Assembly: GCF_018350175.1 (NCBI RefSeq)
Contig: NC_058368.1
Coordinates: forward strand, 67,954,001 to 68,018,000
Source: Felis catus
Lineage: Eukaryota
Direction: 5' to 3'
Length of the DNA: 64,000 nt
Position numbers and translations under genes: made by a program. The notes under the pieces are model-generated. The model saw only the letters and a program-made list of their open reading frames with translations. It ran no database searches and was not told the DNA's origin. This document shows, one piece after another, positions 12,761-24,513 of the stretch (its first letter is position 1; every line of letters starts with the position of its first letter).

Positions 12761-13452
12761 TTAAGTGCTTTCTGGATAGCTTAACTAGTTCTCCCCTGTT
12801 ATCCTTTATTTTAACCTCTCTCTCTTCTTCTCCTTCAGCTATTTAACTCTTAATCTTTCAACTCTTCAACTGCTCTCATTTAGAATGTCCTATTTCCTTC
12901 TGTAATTACCCTTCTATTTCTTTATTGCCTAAGATCACTAAAAAGCTCTGTGTGTGTGTGAGGCTGAGGTGGGGTTTGTTGATATAGCCACTTAAAATAA
13001 TATTATGTAATATTTAACATCATGTGAAAATGTGCGCAGTACAAAAGCAGATCCTAAAATAGCTGTAGACTGTGATATCTTTTAAAATACACAGGAGGAG
13101 AATATCTAATTCTATAGGTGTGATGATATATAGGTAATAGCAAAGGTATTCAATAGGATATACTCTAAAGAGTTAACATTGATTATAGCCAAGTAAATTC
13201 CGAAAAAAGTAGCTTTGTACCTTTAAATCTTTTCTCCTGGGCAGCTCACACTCCCCAAAGAAGGTTCTTTCATTCACCTGATGGGAGATTTGCTTGTATA
13301 TGCAAATATATTTGCTTATACATCCATTACCTTGGAAGCCAAGTGGAGCTGGAGTCTGGGAGCTTTAACACTGGGTATGCAAACTTTCATTTAATGTTCC
13401 TGAGTTCAGGGTGGGACACATGCCTGCCCCTGACTATGCCTGAGGAGGGATG

Positions 13453-13532
<80 letters not shown>
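13453..13532. repeat. (GT)14(GA)26 compound microsatellite
   Basis: Directly counted. Confidence 0.97.
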
Positions 13533-13535
<3 letters not shown>

Positions 13536-14221
13536 AGTGGCCATGCTGAGCGTGCAAAGCAGGGAAAGAGATATGGGAGAGAAATCTGTTTCCCAGCTCC
13601 TTCCAGGGCTGCGCCTCCAGAGGAGGGCCTCTTCTCTGGAAGACCTCATGATACAAAGACATCTTTTGTTGTTAAGGCACAACACGGTAGAAATTGACTC
13701 CAGCAGTCACATTCCCTAACCCCCAAAGGTTTCCCATAAAAGTAAATCAGATGAGCTTCTATATAACATCCTACAGGTGCCTGTTCAATTCCTAATTAAA
13801 AATCTAAATGAATCTTTTTTTTTATTAAGGTACACTTCCAAATGTCTAGTATCTATGAAATAAATCTGAGTTACTTAATTTTTAAGTTGACTCAACCATC
13901 AAGATATACAGGAAAATTTTATAAAATACCTTAAATATTTTAATATTTGGCTATTTTAAGGTCCTTAAGGAGTATTATCTCTTTAAAGCTATTTTAAGAT
14001 CTGTAAAGAAGAGTATTATCCACATATAGCTCCATATGTCATTACGTAATATCAAGCTATATGTGGAAAGTAACTTAGCAGAAATTTTAAAGTGGAATAA
14101 TACCTAATGTCAAATTTAAAATAAGATTTATTTTTCTTTTCAGGGAATTTAGGAATCAGTGCTGAAAGTCCTTATGATATATTTTATCATCACCTCGTAC
14201 AGGGATGACTATACTCTTCTT

Positions 14222-14446
14222 TTTTTTTTTTTAATTTTTTTTTCAACGTTTATTTATTTTTGGGACAGAGAGAGACAGAGCATGAACGGGGGAGGGGCAG
14301 AGAGAGAGGGAGACACAGAATCGGAAACAGGCTCCAGGCTCTGAGCCATTAGCCCAGAGCCTGATGCGGGGCTCGAACTCCCGGACCGCGAGATCGTGAC
14401 CTGGCTGAAGTCGGATGCTTAACCGACTACGCCACCCAGGCGCCCC
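14222..14446 (-). mobile_element. Young felid SINE (SINEC_Fc)
   Basis: Full length; perfect TSD gactatactcttctt (14207-14221 / 14447-14461). Confidence 0.97.
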
Positions 14447-14477
14447 GACTATACTCTTCTTCTTAATTGAATTCTTT

Positions 14478-14499
14478 TTTTTAAACTTCTTAAAAAAGT

Positions 14500-14550
<51 letters not shown>

Positions 14551-14726
14551 TAGTGTGGGCGGGGGCGGGCAGAGAGAGAGAGAGAGAGAGGGAGAGAGAA
14601 TCCCAAGCAAGCTCTGCACTGCCAGGCACAGAGCCCGACCTGGGGCTTGAACTCATGAAGTGTGAGATCATGACCTGAGCTGAAATCCAGTTAGATGCTT
14701 AACCGCCTGAGCCACCCAGGCGCCCC
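14478..14726 (-). mobile_element. Older carnivore SINE (SINEC_Fc2-like) with (TTTA)n tail
   Basis: gagaatcccaagc...gccacccaggcgcccc; degenerate TSD ttaattgaattcttt / ttaattcagttcttt. Confidence 0.93.
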
Positions 14727-14894
14727 ATTAATTCAGTTCTTTCTGCCATTAATTTCTATGTTAGATATTGACATAAAATGGCAGTAGTTCACAAGTTTTG
14801 GGGATTGTGTTCATCTTCCTTCTTCTTAGTTCTTCTCTCCTCTTCCTCTTCCTCTTCCTCTTTATTCTTTAGTTCTTTACTTTCTTAGTGCGAA

Positions 14895-15050
14895 ATAACT
14901 AACATTTATTTAATGTGTGCCATGTGCCAGGCTCTGTTTAAATGCTATTTCCTCCAATAATTCCTATATTATTTCTCACAGTCATCTTCAGAGGAATGAT
15001 GGTTATCTCTGGTTTTCAGATGTTGGGGGCTGAAGTTCAAAGTTTAAGCA
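14895..15050 (-). mobile_element. MIR fragment
   Basis: aataactaacatttatt...ccatgtgccaggc...ttttcagatg. Confidence 0.65.
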
Positions 15051-15083
15051 ATTGGAAAGTTGAAAGCTTCCAGGGAGCCACTA

Positions 15084-15276
15084 TAGAAGTTCTCCAAGTG
15101 TAGTCCCTGGAGCTGCGGCAACATCGGCATCATGTGGGAACTTGTTAGAAAGGCAGATTCTTAGGCATCACCCCAGATGTACAGAATGAGAAACTTTGGG
15201 AGGCAGGACCTGCCAGTCTGCATTTTAACAAGTCTGGCGAGTGATTTTGATCCATGCTGAAGTTTGAGAACCACTG
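15084..15276. mobile_element. hAT-Charlie MITE MER5A
   Basis: ggcatcatgtgggaacttgttagaaaggcagattctt...agtttgagaaccactg. Confidence 0.88.
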
Positions 15277-15554
15277 ATATCATTCTTCTCTGAACTCTGT
15301 GTGAAAACTACATTCTCTATTGTGGACTTTTTCCCTCTGTCATAAATATAGTCATATGAATTTCTTCTTGTAGGTTGTGTCTCATTTTATTTTACCTCTA
15401 AATATATTGGTGAAAACTCTTGGGTTTAAATGGGTTTCTTATAGTTTATTCTGGTGATTATTTTTTAAAAATTTGCATTCTAAACCGAGTTCCTCAAAAT
15501 GTTAACCAGGTAGAATCCAGCAGTATAGTAACATATGAAAAAAATATGCACTAT

Positions 15555-16116
15555 TGATGTGAATGGTCAAGAAAGAATCCTTGAGATGTCTTTGGTGCAA
15601 ATAGGTTGTTTTATTAACGCATGGGGACAGGACCTCTGGGCAGAAAGAGCTGCACTGGGATTATGAGGAGCAATTGATTATATACTTTAAATATTGGGAA
15701 GGGTTAGAGATAGCAGACATCTCTAAGGAATTTTGGAAGCAGGGTTTCCAGGACATTGAGGGGCTAGCTGCTGTTAGGAAACTGTCATTTATTACTGTTT
15801 AGTAAAAACTCAATCATGAGGCCCCTTAGATGTATATCAGTGGGCCATATGCTTGGGGGATGATTGCTAATATATATCTTGGGGACCGGGGTAAAGGAAG
15901 TTTCCAAAGGAATTTTTTTATGTGGTAAAGAAGACTTACAGGATCCTGGAGGTTGGGATGATGTTAAGCTAAGATTGCCTTTTGTCCTTAGCAAAGTATT
16001 AACATTGAGGCAGTTGAGTTCCTAGAGGGTCACTCTGCCTGTCTCAAGGACTTGTCAGTGGGCTGTAAGTTGTAAGGAAATTTAATTTTTTCCTTTTGCC
16101 TTTGTTTCCCACATCA
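15555..16116 (-). mobile_element. ERV solo LTR (ERV1-like)
   Basis: 562 bp, terminal inverted repeat tgatgtg...cacatca, antisense polyA signal ttttatt near 15609, interrupts L1 sequence cleanly. Confidence 0.8.
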
Positions 16117-16648
16117 TTGTGACCAACTAGGTTTAATTCTAGGAATATAAGGATGGATCGGATATCCAGGAAACTATTAATCTAATTTCCTGATTCAATA
16201 AACTAAATGAGAAAAATTCATACATTTATTGAAAAAGTTTTTGACAAATGTAACAGCCATCCCTAATAAAACAATTAAGCCAAATAAGAATAAAAGGGAA
16301 ACACCACATTATTATAAAGACTACTTACTAAAACTGATAGCAAACATCATCCTAAGTTCAGCCAAAATAGTAAAACACTAATCTATATCCACTGAAATCA
16401 GGATAGAAAAGAGGATGTCTTCTATTGCTGTTATTATTTAATATTTTCTTGTTGGTTAAAGTAAATGTGAAAAGTCAAAGTATAAAATATAGAAAATATA
16501 ATAATAATAACTGTTATAAAAAGTAAGGCTATTGGGTTATTTTTGAAGATACTTCTTCTGTAACTAGAAACCCCAAGATATGCTAGTAAAAGTGACTAGA
16601 ATTGGTAAGGAAACTTTATAGAGAGCCAGGTTATAAGAAAAATATTAA

Positions 16649-16758
16649 GGAGTGCCTAGCTGGCTCAGTCAGTGGAGCATGTGACTCTTGATCTCAGGGT
16701 TGTGAGTTCGAGCCCCACGTTGGGTGCAGAGATTGCTTAAAAATAGAATCTTAAAAGA
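16649..16758 (+). mobile_element. Short tRNA-Lys-like carnivore SINE (SINEC_Fc3-like)
   Basis: 16654-16726 resembles tRNA-Lys(CTT), followed by an A-rich tail; perfect TSD aagaaaaatattaa (16635-16648 / 16759-16772). Confidence 0.9.
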
Positions 16759-17249
16759 AAGAAAAATATTAAATTTTTATACCATTAATGGCTATTTAAA
16801 GATGGAAATAGTAAAAATTTCTTAGTTTTGGGAATGACAAAAACCAAAATGCTTAGGTATAATTTTAAGCAAGGAAATCACACAATACATATAAATGAAA
16901 TTACAAAATAATATTGAAAGATACAAAACAAGACATAAACACAGAGAACTAATATCCTATTCATAATATATAAACTGAGGGAAATTTCACTTAAAATTAC
17001 AACTTATTTTTGGAGTTTAAGAAGTTCAAGGTTTGGAAAAATCAGTATCTGAGAAAAAAATTAAAATATGAAAAGGAGAAATAGTGAAGAGCCATTTTCC
17101 TTACCAAATACCAAAACACCATAAGACAACTCTAATAACAACAAAAATGGTTGGGAATAGACATATAAACTAGGATAGGTATTCTGAAGTGGTTCTCAGT
17201 ATATATGGAAACTTAACATATGATAAAGCTGGCATTTTATTTCATTATA

Positions 17250-17472
17250 TATTTTTTTAAAAATTTTTTAACGTTTATTTATTTTTGAGACAGAGAGAGA
17301 CAGAGCATGAATGGGGGAGGGGCAGAGAGAGAGGGAGACACAGAATCCAAAGCAGGCTCCAGGCTCTGAGCCATCAGCCCAGAGCCCGATGCGGGGCTCG
17401 AACTCATGGACGGCGAGATCGTGACCTGAGCCGAACTCGGACGCTTAACCGACTGAGCCACCCAGGCGCCCC
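17250..17472 (-). mobile_element. Felid SINE (SINEC_Fc)
   Basis: Full length; perfect TSD tatttcattata (17238-17249 / 17473-17484). Confidence 0.96.
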
Positions 17473-17614
17473 TATTTCATTATAAAAATGATGATTTATT
17501 TAATAAGTTGTTCCCACACATCTAGAAATCACAATAAATGGGTACCATTACTTTAAACATGTGTAAAATTAATTTCAGTTGAGCAAAAGGCTTAAATTTA
17601 AAAATGAAATTCTA

Positions 17615-17841
17615 GGGGCGCCTGGGTGGCTCAGTTGGTTAAGCATCCCACTTTGGCTCAGGTCATGATCTTGCAGTTCATGGGTTCAAGCTCCTCCTCG
17701 AGCTCTGTGCTGACACCTCAGAGCCTGGAGCCTGCTTTGGATTCTGTGCCTCCCTCCCTTCCTGCCCCTCTCCTGCTCACTTTCTGTCTCTCTCTCTCTC
17801 TCTCTCAAAAATAAATAAACATTTGAAAAATTAAAAAAAAA
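17615..17841 (+). mobile_element. Felid SINE (SINEC_Fc type)
   Basis: ggggcgcctgggtggctcag head, (CT)n, aaaaataaataaac tail; no clear TSD. Confidence 0.95.
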
Positions 17842-17894
17842 TCAAGAAGAAAATTAATAGTTCATGTGGTAACATACAGGTTGTGGAGACCTTT

Positions 17895-18116
17895 TTTTTT
17901 TTTATAAGTTTATTTATTTATTTTGAGAGAGGGATTGAGAAAGCAAGGGGAGGGGCAGAGAGAGAGGGAGAGAGAGAGAGAATCCCAAGCAGGCTTTGCA
18001 TTGTGTGTTGTCAGCACAGAGCCCAATGTGGGGCTTGAACACACAAACTGCGAGATCATGACCTGAGCAGAAACCAATAGTCGAATGCTCAACCGACTGA
18101 GCCACTGAGGTGCTCC
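17895..18116 (-). mobile_element. Carnivore SINE (SINEC_Fc2-like)
   Basis: Perfect TSD tgtggagaccttt (17882-17894 / 18117-18129). Confidence 0.95.
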
Positions 18117-18317
18117 TGTGGAGACCTTTCTAATCAAGCCAAGAAATCTAGAAACTACCAAAGAACTTTTGGCTACATAAAAATGAAAATTTTGAAAATG
18201 GCAGAAGCTACCAAAGACAATGGATCACAGCTGGAGAAGTTATTTGTAATGATAATGTAAACATCATCACCATCATCATCATCATCATCTTCAAAGAAGC
18301 CTGACACATTGATGGCT

Positions 18318-18887
18318 CTCTTGGTCCACTTTCCCAAGAAAGTGGAGTCTGAGGCAGGATTAAAGTGCTGATGCTTTATTTATGAGGTTCCAGCTCAGGT
18401 TACAAGGGTGAGGGTTAAAGGAAGAGAAGCAAGGCAAGATGCCTTGCGAGCCAAAGTGATGTGGCAGGTGTATTTACTCCGCATGGGGAACTTCTCAAAT
18501 GAGTGACAAGGAGAATTTAGCGATGGAGAAGTCCGTGGGAGGGAAGCTGGAGGGGAGGTATCTGCCTAGCGCCGTTCTGTGTTTTCTTTCCTATTGGTCA
18601 GAGCATGCCCAATAGGCAGTAAGCTTTCACCTGTGTCATTAGACCACTTTACTGGCTGTTCTACATGCCGGTTCTCATGCCCCTCATTGTTTCATTCTAG
18701 TCTGAAACTGACAAAGGATTCAAAAACTCTGAACATCCAGCTGGTCAGCCTAGCACAGCAGTGACCAAGGGGGATGGCCTGACACATGTGAGGCTGGTGA
18801 CCAGCTGGACCCCCAGGGTGTTAGTGGGGTCTAAGAGACAGATAGTATAACCCAGGGGATCTGAGGAGAAGATTTGTATCCAGTACA
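18318..18887 (-). mobile_element. ERVL-type LTR (LTR33/LTR16-like)
   Basis: ttcccaagaaag.ggagtctgaggcaggatt..agtgc...tttattt..gagg resembles antisense ERVL LTR ends; terminates ...agtaca. Confidence 0.55.
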
Positions 18888-18974
18888 ATAGCAGAAGGAT
18901 ATAAAAAAGCATTTCAAAGAAGCTCACATTTAAATGGGCAATATGACAAGGTGACTGACCTTCTCAGTAAATAT

Positions 18975-19785
18975 ATTATTCAAAACATCTGCCATAGTAA
19001 GAGTTAAGAATCGCCCAGACCTTGGAGTTATCCATTTCTCACAGATGTCCTACTGCCAGTGCTCTGGTTAAAGCTACCATTGTCTCTTTAATGCATGGAT
19101 TAGAAGGAACTAGCTTTTGAATTGACCTCCTACTTCTTTCTACTCTCACTTCACTGAATCTATTCTTACTATAGCAGTCAAAGTAATCTCATTACAATAG
19201 AAATGAGGGCACTTTATTTTTGTGCTCAAAAATCACCTATGGCTTCCTATATACCTTAGAGAATAAGTTAAAGTCCTTCTGATAACCTGTAAATCCCCAC
19301 ATAACCTGGTTTGTTACCTCTCTGATCTCCTCTTCTACCACAACCCCATTGTTTTGTTTGTTTGTTTGTTTGTTTTGTTTTTGTTTTTGTTTTCATTTTT
19401 TTAGCTCTAGTCACAGGCCAAACATACTCTGCCTCAGGGCTTTGGGCATCTCCCTTTTCCTGGGTATCTGCTTGCTCCTTTTCTGTCTCATCACTTACTC
19501 AAAGGGCGCCTTTGCATTAAGGCTTTTATTGACCACTCTTTAAAAATTTCCAGACTCCTATCCATGACATTTTATATCCCTCTACCCTGCTGATTTAAAA
19601 AAAAAAAAAAACAACAAAAACTTCTATCATTTATAAATCTAATAATCCATATATTTTACTTATTTATTTAGTTTGTTGTCTGTTTCCCTCATAGAATGTG
19701 GGCCCCATGAAGGTCTATATGTTTCATTCACTATTGTATTCCTGGCATATAGTAGATGGTCGGTAAGTATTTGTCGAATTAAGTG
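18975..19785 (+). mobile_element. L2 3' portion, with internal (TTTG)n
   Basis: agtaatctc...aaagtcctt...tagaatgtgggccccatgaagg...cctggcatatagtagatg.tc.gtaagtatttgtcgaat. Confidence 0.8.
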
Positions 19786-20796
19786 GTCACAGCCCAAGAG
19801 TAAGGTCTGGATGCTGCCAGCCTTCGTCTCATTTAGTGTTGCTGGTGAGGGTTGGTGGTCATGAGAGGAACTTGAAAGAGGCACTTCTGACTCGTCGGCA
19901 TCCCTGGTGTGGCTCATATTTTGAGATATGACTAGAACTCCTGTGTTCTTGAGTATAGATTAGAGAAAAAGGGAAATTGATGTGTTAGGAGGAAGGCGGA
20001 GGAATCTTGCTGGGAAAATGAAGTGATTGGGATTTAGTTTGATAATAAACTTTTGTTTTTAATGAAAATTGATGGTCCTGACAAAGGAATAAATGTATTT
20101 ATTCAAAAAATTACCTTCTCAAAAGAGGAAAGCTTCCTTGATCTGATGACAAGAAGAGTTATTGAAATATTATCTTGTGCTACGACAGAGCTTTCTGGCA
20201 ATGACTTAAGTGGGAAAGAGAAGGGCTGTTAGCAACAACAAACCAAAAACGTGATTGATTTTGAAAAGCTTATATAGCCAGGATTCCATTCAAATGAAAT
20301 CAATATAAAATAATGACCTGATTTGCCATCCAGGAAGATGCCAATGATTTTTTTTTTTTCAGCAAAAAGCATACCATCAAGTATCTATTGAGTACATACT
20401 CTTTGCCTCATTTGGCAAGCTGGTGTTCCAGGGAAAGCAATATTGCAAGATGCTAAGAGCTGGACAGCAAAACAAAACAAAACAAAAACCCCCCACAAAA
20501 CAACAAGAGAACAAAAAACAATAAACAAAACAACAACAACAACAAAAAAACCGGAAACAAATGTTCTGTGAATAACTATGTTTAGGAAACATTGACTTCA
20601 GAGATTATAAATATCTAAGAGGGCTTTTGAAATATAATTGCATATCATGGAACACTTTTATTAAAAAACACTTGTTAACTTACTTGAGAATGATATTCTA
20701 TGCAAGCCAATTTAGGACCATACTACCTAAAAGAAAATGATAGTCTGGTTATTTTATTTTGGTACAGTAGTATAGTATATTTGGTATAGTAGCTTT

Positions 20797-21005
20797 AATT
20801 TTTTAAATAATGTTTATTTATTTATTTTGAGAGAGAGAGCAAGAGCAGGGGAGGGTCAGAGAGAGAGGAGACAGAGAATCCCAAGTAGGCTTGAGCTGTC
20901 CGTGCAGAGCCTAATGTGAGGCTTAATCTCATGAACTGTATGATCATGTCCTGAGCTGAAATCAAGAATCAGATCCCCCAACTTACTGAGCCACCCAGGT
21001 GCCTC
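20797..21005 (-). mobile_element. Carnivore SINE (SINEC_Fc2-like)
   Basis: Degenerate TSD tttggtatagtagcttt / tttggcatagtagtttt. Confidence 0.93.
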
Positions 21006-22097
21006 TAAGTTTTGGCATAGTAGTTTTCATTTTAATTCTCCTCTAAGCAACAGAATGATTCATCATGGATTTGGCAGGCTATTGTCTGTTCAAATGTTTG
21101 TTATTAAAAGAACTATTTAAATTAAAAGTGCATTTGCTGAACCACTTTTGATTATTCAGGTTATTTTTTAATCTATAGAAAGAAATGAATGTATTTCACA
21201 TTCTTAATTTTAGTTAAATTTCTATGAAAAGTACAAAACTGTATAGATAGTACTTCAGCAAAATAAACAAACTGACAAATATTTAATGAGCTTGCACTGT
21301 GTCAGGTACTCCATAGGCAACTAGGGACTAGGAGAGAGAAAATCTCTATCCCCAAGGTGAATTCATGTTGGTGAATAAATAGCAAGATTATTAGAATAAC
21401 TTTAATCTTCTCCCTAATTATTGATTATAAAAGAAAAAAAATTTGTTCAATTTCAAATGATTTCAAATTTTAGACTGAAGATTCTAAATTACTTAAAATA
21501 TTTCCTAGATGCAATAGTTTATGCTAAATATGAATTGCTGCTCTTATATGCTATGTATTGTCACATCCTAATTTTCAAGCCACAGGCTAATTTTACAACT
21601 AATGGATGGTGAACTTCAGTGATAATGAATCCCATAGATTCCCTTTAGAACTGAGGGGATGTAGAGATATCAAAAAGGTATGACAGTCTTCCCCCCCAGT
21701 CAAGATTTATATTATTAACGAAAGATAATATAGATATTTATGGAACAATCGTGCCTTGAAATAGAACAAAGAACAACTTGTAAAATTATTAAGAGTTGGG
21801 TTCAATTAGGAGCTTAAGCACTCATATTTGGGGATTTTATTTAATAGTTATTTGACATTCCTTCAGAAAAAAAACAGCAACTCTAATAGTTTTTGAAGGT
21901 CAGGGCTACTGGTGGTCTTTAACTTCAGCATTGGTACTTGTAGAGCTTGTCAATAATCTTATGCCTTATTTTTGAAGCTCAGACCAAGGATAATTGGTAG
22001 ATTTCAACACTTAATATACCAGCTTACCTTTTCAGGAACCCCTTCAGGTAGAGAGAGAGAATCATATCCCTAATTTATGGAATAAAGTAATATTTGA

Positions 22098-22318
22098 GGG
22101 GCACCTTGGTGGCTCAGTCAGTTAAGCATCTGACTCTGAATTTTGGCTCAGGTCATGATCTCACAGTTCAGGAGTTTGAGCCCTGCATCTGGCTCTGCAC
22201 GGACAGTGCGGAGACTGCTTGGGATTCTCTCTCTCTCTCTTTTTGTCTCTCTCTCTCTCCCTCTCTCTCTACTCCTCCCCTGCTTGTGCTCTCTTCTCTC
22301 TTAAAACAAATAAAACTT
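22098..22318 (+). mobile_element. Carnivore SINE (SINEC_Fc2-like)
   Basis: Perfect TSD taaagtaatatttga (22083-22097 / 22319-22333). Confidence 0.95.
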
Positions 22319-23834
22319 TAAAGTAATATTTGAATGTGGCTAAAGTTACTACAGTAACTTGGTTCACAAGCAATACCTTAAGTTAAAAGAAAATAAAAAC
22401 AAAAATGGTCACTTTCTTATCCCGGTGGGTGGTGGTAACCTAAATAGAACAGTATAGATGGGTGAAGAGATTGGTGGAAAAAGATGAGAGTTTGTGAAAA
22501 GACACTGCAATTATAACATCACATTTTTATACAAAATAAATTAAATGAGGTTTTTTCATTCCATGACCTTTTGTAGGGTAACTTACTTTTTAGATTCTTA
22601 AAAAATACTCATGTACAGAGGTTTGGGGATGTAAAAATGTGGATGTTAGCAATGAAAGATTTTTTCTGTTTTTTTTTTTTTTTATGAATGAGGAGTGTGT
22701 ATTCAGATAAATACTGTGCAGAAGAAAGGCTTGTGATAGAAACATGGCCTAGTCCTTAACAGCATCACTGTAATTGTCTGAAATTTAAATTTTCCTTTGT
22801 TAGTTGTGTGAATAGAATGAAAGTCATTTTACCGGAGTCATAGCAAGAAACAAAAATGGATTTTTATAATCAGTTGTTGTTTTAAAATAAATAGTATGTG
22901 GTTAAAAGCAGGGTCATGACAGCAAACACAGGAGAGTGATCAATGGACAGGCTTCACCCTCCAGCTGTTTCAGCAGATGGCCATAGTCAGGTATTTTTGT
23001 ACCTTTTAAACAGGTCGCGTGTAATAGCATGAAAATCCTTCCATTTAAATCTTATTAGTTCGATGGTAACATCTCAAATATTTTTCTTTTTCAGTTTTTT
23101 TTTAAACAGAGATAATATATCTTTAGTATTTAATAGGTTTGCTTACTTAAGTTATTAGGTTTTTTTTTACAAAGAATATTCAAAGATATATTACAAAGAT
23201 ATTCAATATCAGAGCACAGAGATGTTTTTTCCCTTTTTTTCCCTCCAACTGTCATTGTGATTTAAAAGTGGTTGCTGAAGAGAAGTCATGTTAACATAAC
23301 AACAGTTGATGCCCTTGCAAATCTTTCCGTTTTAAGGCTCAGGGTTGTCCCCAAGGAGCAATCTTGGCCTACGTGCAGATGTTGAGCTCTCTGGAAAAAA
23401 AATAGTGCTGAGACTGATACAGATGTTCCCACATTGCCCAGCACTTTGATTAACCTTTTATGAAGTATCTGCCTACAAGAAATCTGGATTAGTATGTTCC
23501 CATGTGTCTTATTAAAAGCCTGGCAGTCTTTATTGAGCATTGTGTTTATACTTTTTGTTCTATGGACGGTTTTGGTGTCTGGTAAGTACAAATTGGAAAG
23601 CATTAGTGTAGACTAATGAGGATGTCCGATATTAGCTGTGGACTTGAGTTTGACATGGGAACCATCATGGTTTGATTAGTTGATTGTCATTACAGAATCA
23701 CCGTAGGGATTCTGCCCTTCCTGTGAAGGAGGGGCTCTGATTTTCCATAAACGGGTTGCTAATGGAGGCCTTACTTCAACTTTCTTGGAGCCATGTTAGT
23801 GGAGTTTTCTGCTATTATCAAGTTGTTGGACATA

Positions 23835-23876
23835 GAACATGTCCATCATTGCAGAAAATCATGGTGGACAGCATTG
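23835..23876. mobile_element. hAT MER3/MER33-like terminal fragment
   Basis: gaacatgtccatcattgcagaaa...tggacagcattg. Confidence 0.55.
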
Positions 23877-24351
23877 CTCTGATCTTTAAATACCTGACTG
23901 ATCCATATGCTACAGGATTTCTGTTTATGTTCTTAAAAAGATTTCTTCAATGGGCTCGTGATTCCTTAAAATTTATAGTGTTAAAATCAAAAGCATCACA
24001 TTTTCTCTAGAGGAATGATCAGCTCCTGTTCTTTCTAGCTTAACATTTGAATCTTCGGGTGATAGTGTATACTTAGAGATTTAAGAATAGATTCTTGGAA
24101 TAGCTAATTTTTTTAGGGACTTGGATAACCCTCAAGAAGAGACTCCTGAGAAGTTGATAGTAGACTGTGTATCTCTGAACGGCAGAATGATAGGGAGAAA
24201 AGCTGGCACAAAATTCAGTGTTTAGAAAATGCCAACATTTTCCAGGCTATTTTTTTGTATGTTATGTAATTAATAAAATAATTTACTCTTTATATAGCTG
24301 ATAGAATAACTTTCAGTGGATGAGTTCATGATCACTTTACCCTGAAACTCC

Positions 24352-24513
24352 TTTTTTTTAAATGTTTATTTTTGAGGGGGAGGGGCGAGGAGGGGCAGAG
24401 AGAGAATCCCAAGCAGGGTCTGTGCTGTCAGTGTAGAGCCCGACGTGGGGCTCAAACCCATGAACTGTGAGATCATGACCTGAGACGAAATTGAGTCCAA
24501 CACTCAACTGACT
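24352..24513 (-). mobile_element. Carnivore SINE lacking its first ~18 nt
   Basis: Body typical, but stops at ctcaactgac and abuts T13; no TSD. Confidence 0.9.

Larger units (their letters stand above)
15470..18950 (+). mobile_element. Old L1 ORF2/3' region, host to 2 LTRs and 4 SINEs
   Basis: Degenerate L1 ORF2 motifs (gaccaactaggtttaattctaggaatataaggatgg; gaaaaagtttttgacaaa; ctagaaaccccaag) continue across each insertion. Confidence 0.75.

Noticed and set aside
13343..13719. Overlapping ORFs with RERE/SLSL/HTHT tracts
   Set aside because: Produced by the (GT)14(GA)26 microsatellite
14144..14210. Strong acceptor tttttcttttcag as an exon start
   Set aside because: No suitable donor, stops in all frames shortly after, and the sequence looks like MIR debris
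16654..16726. Functional tRNA-Lys gene
   Set aside because: Carries a SINE leader, A-tail, TSD and multiple substitutions, so it is a retroposed SINE
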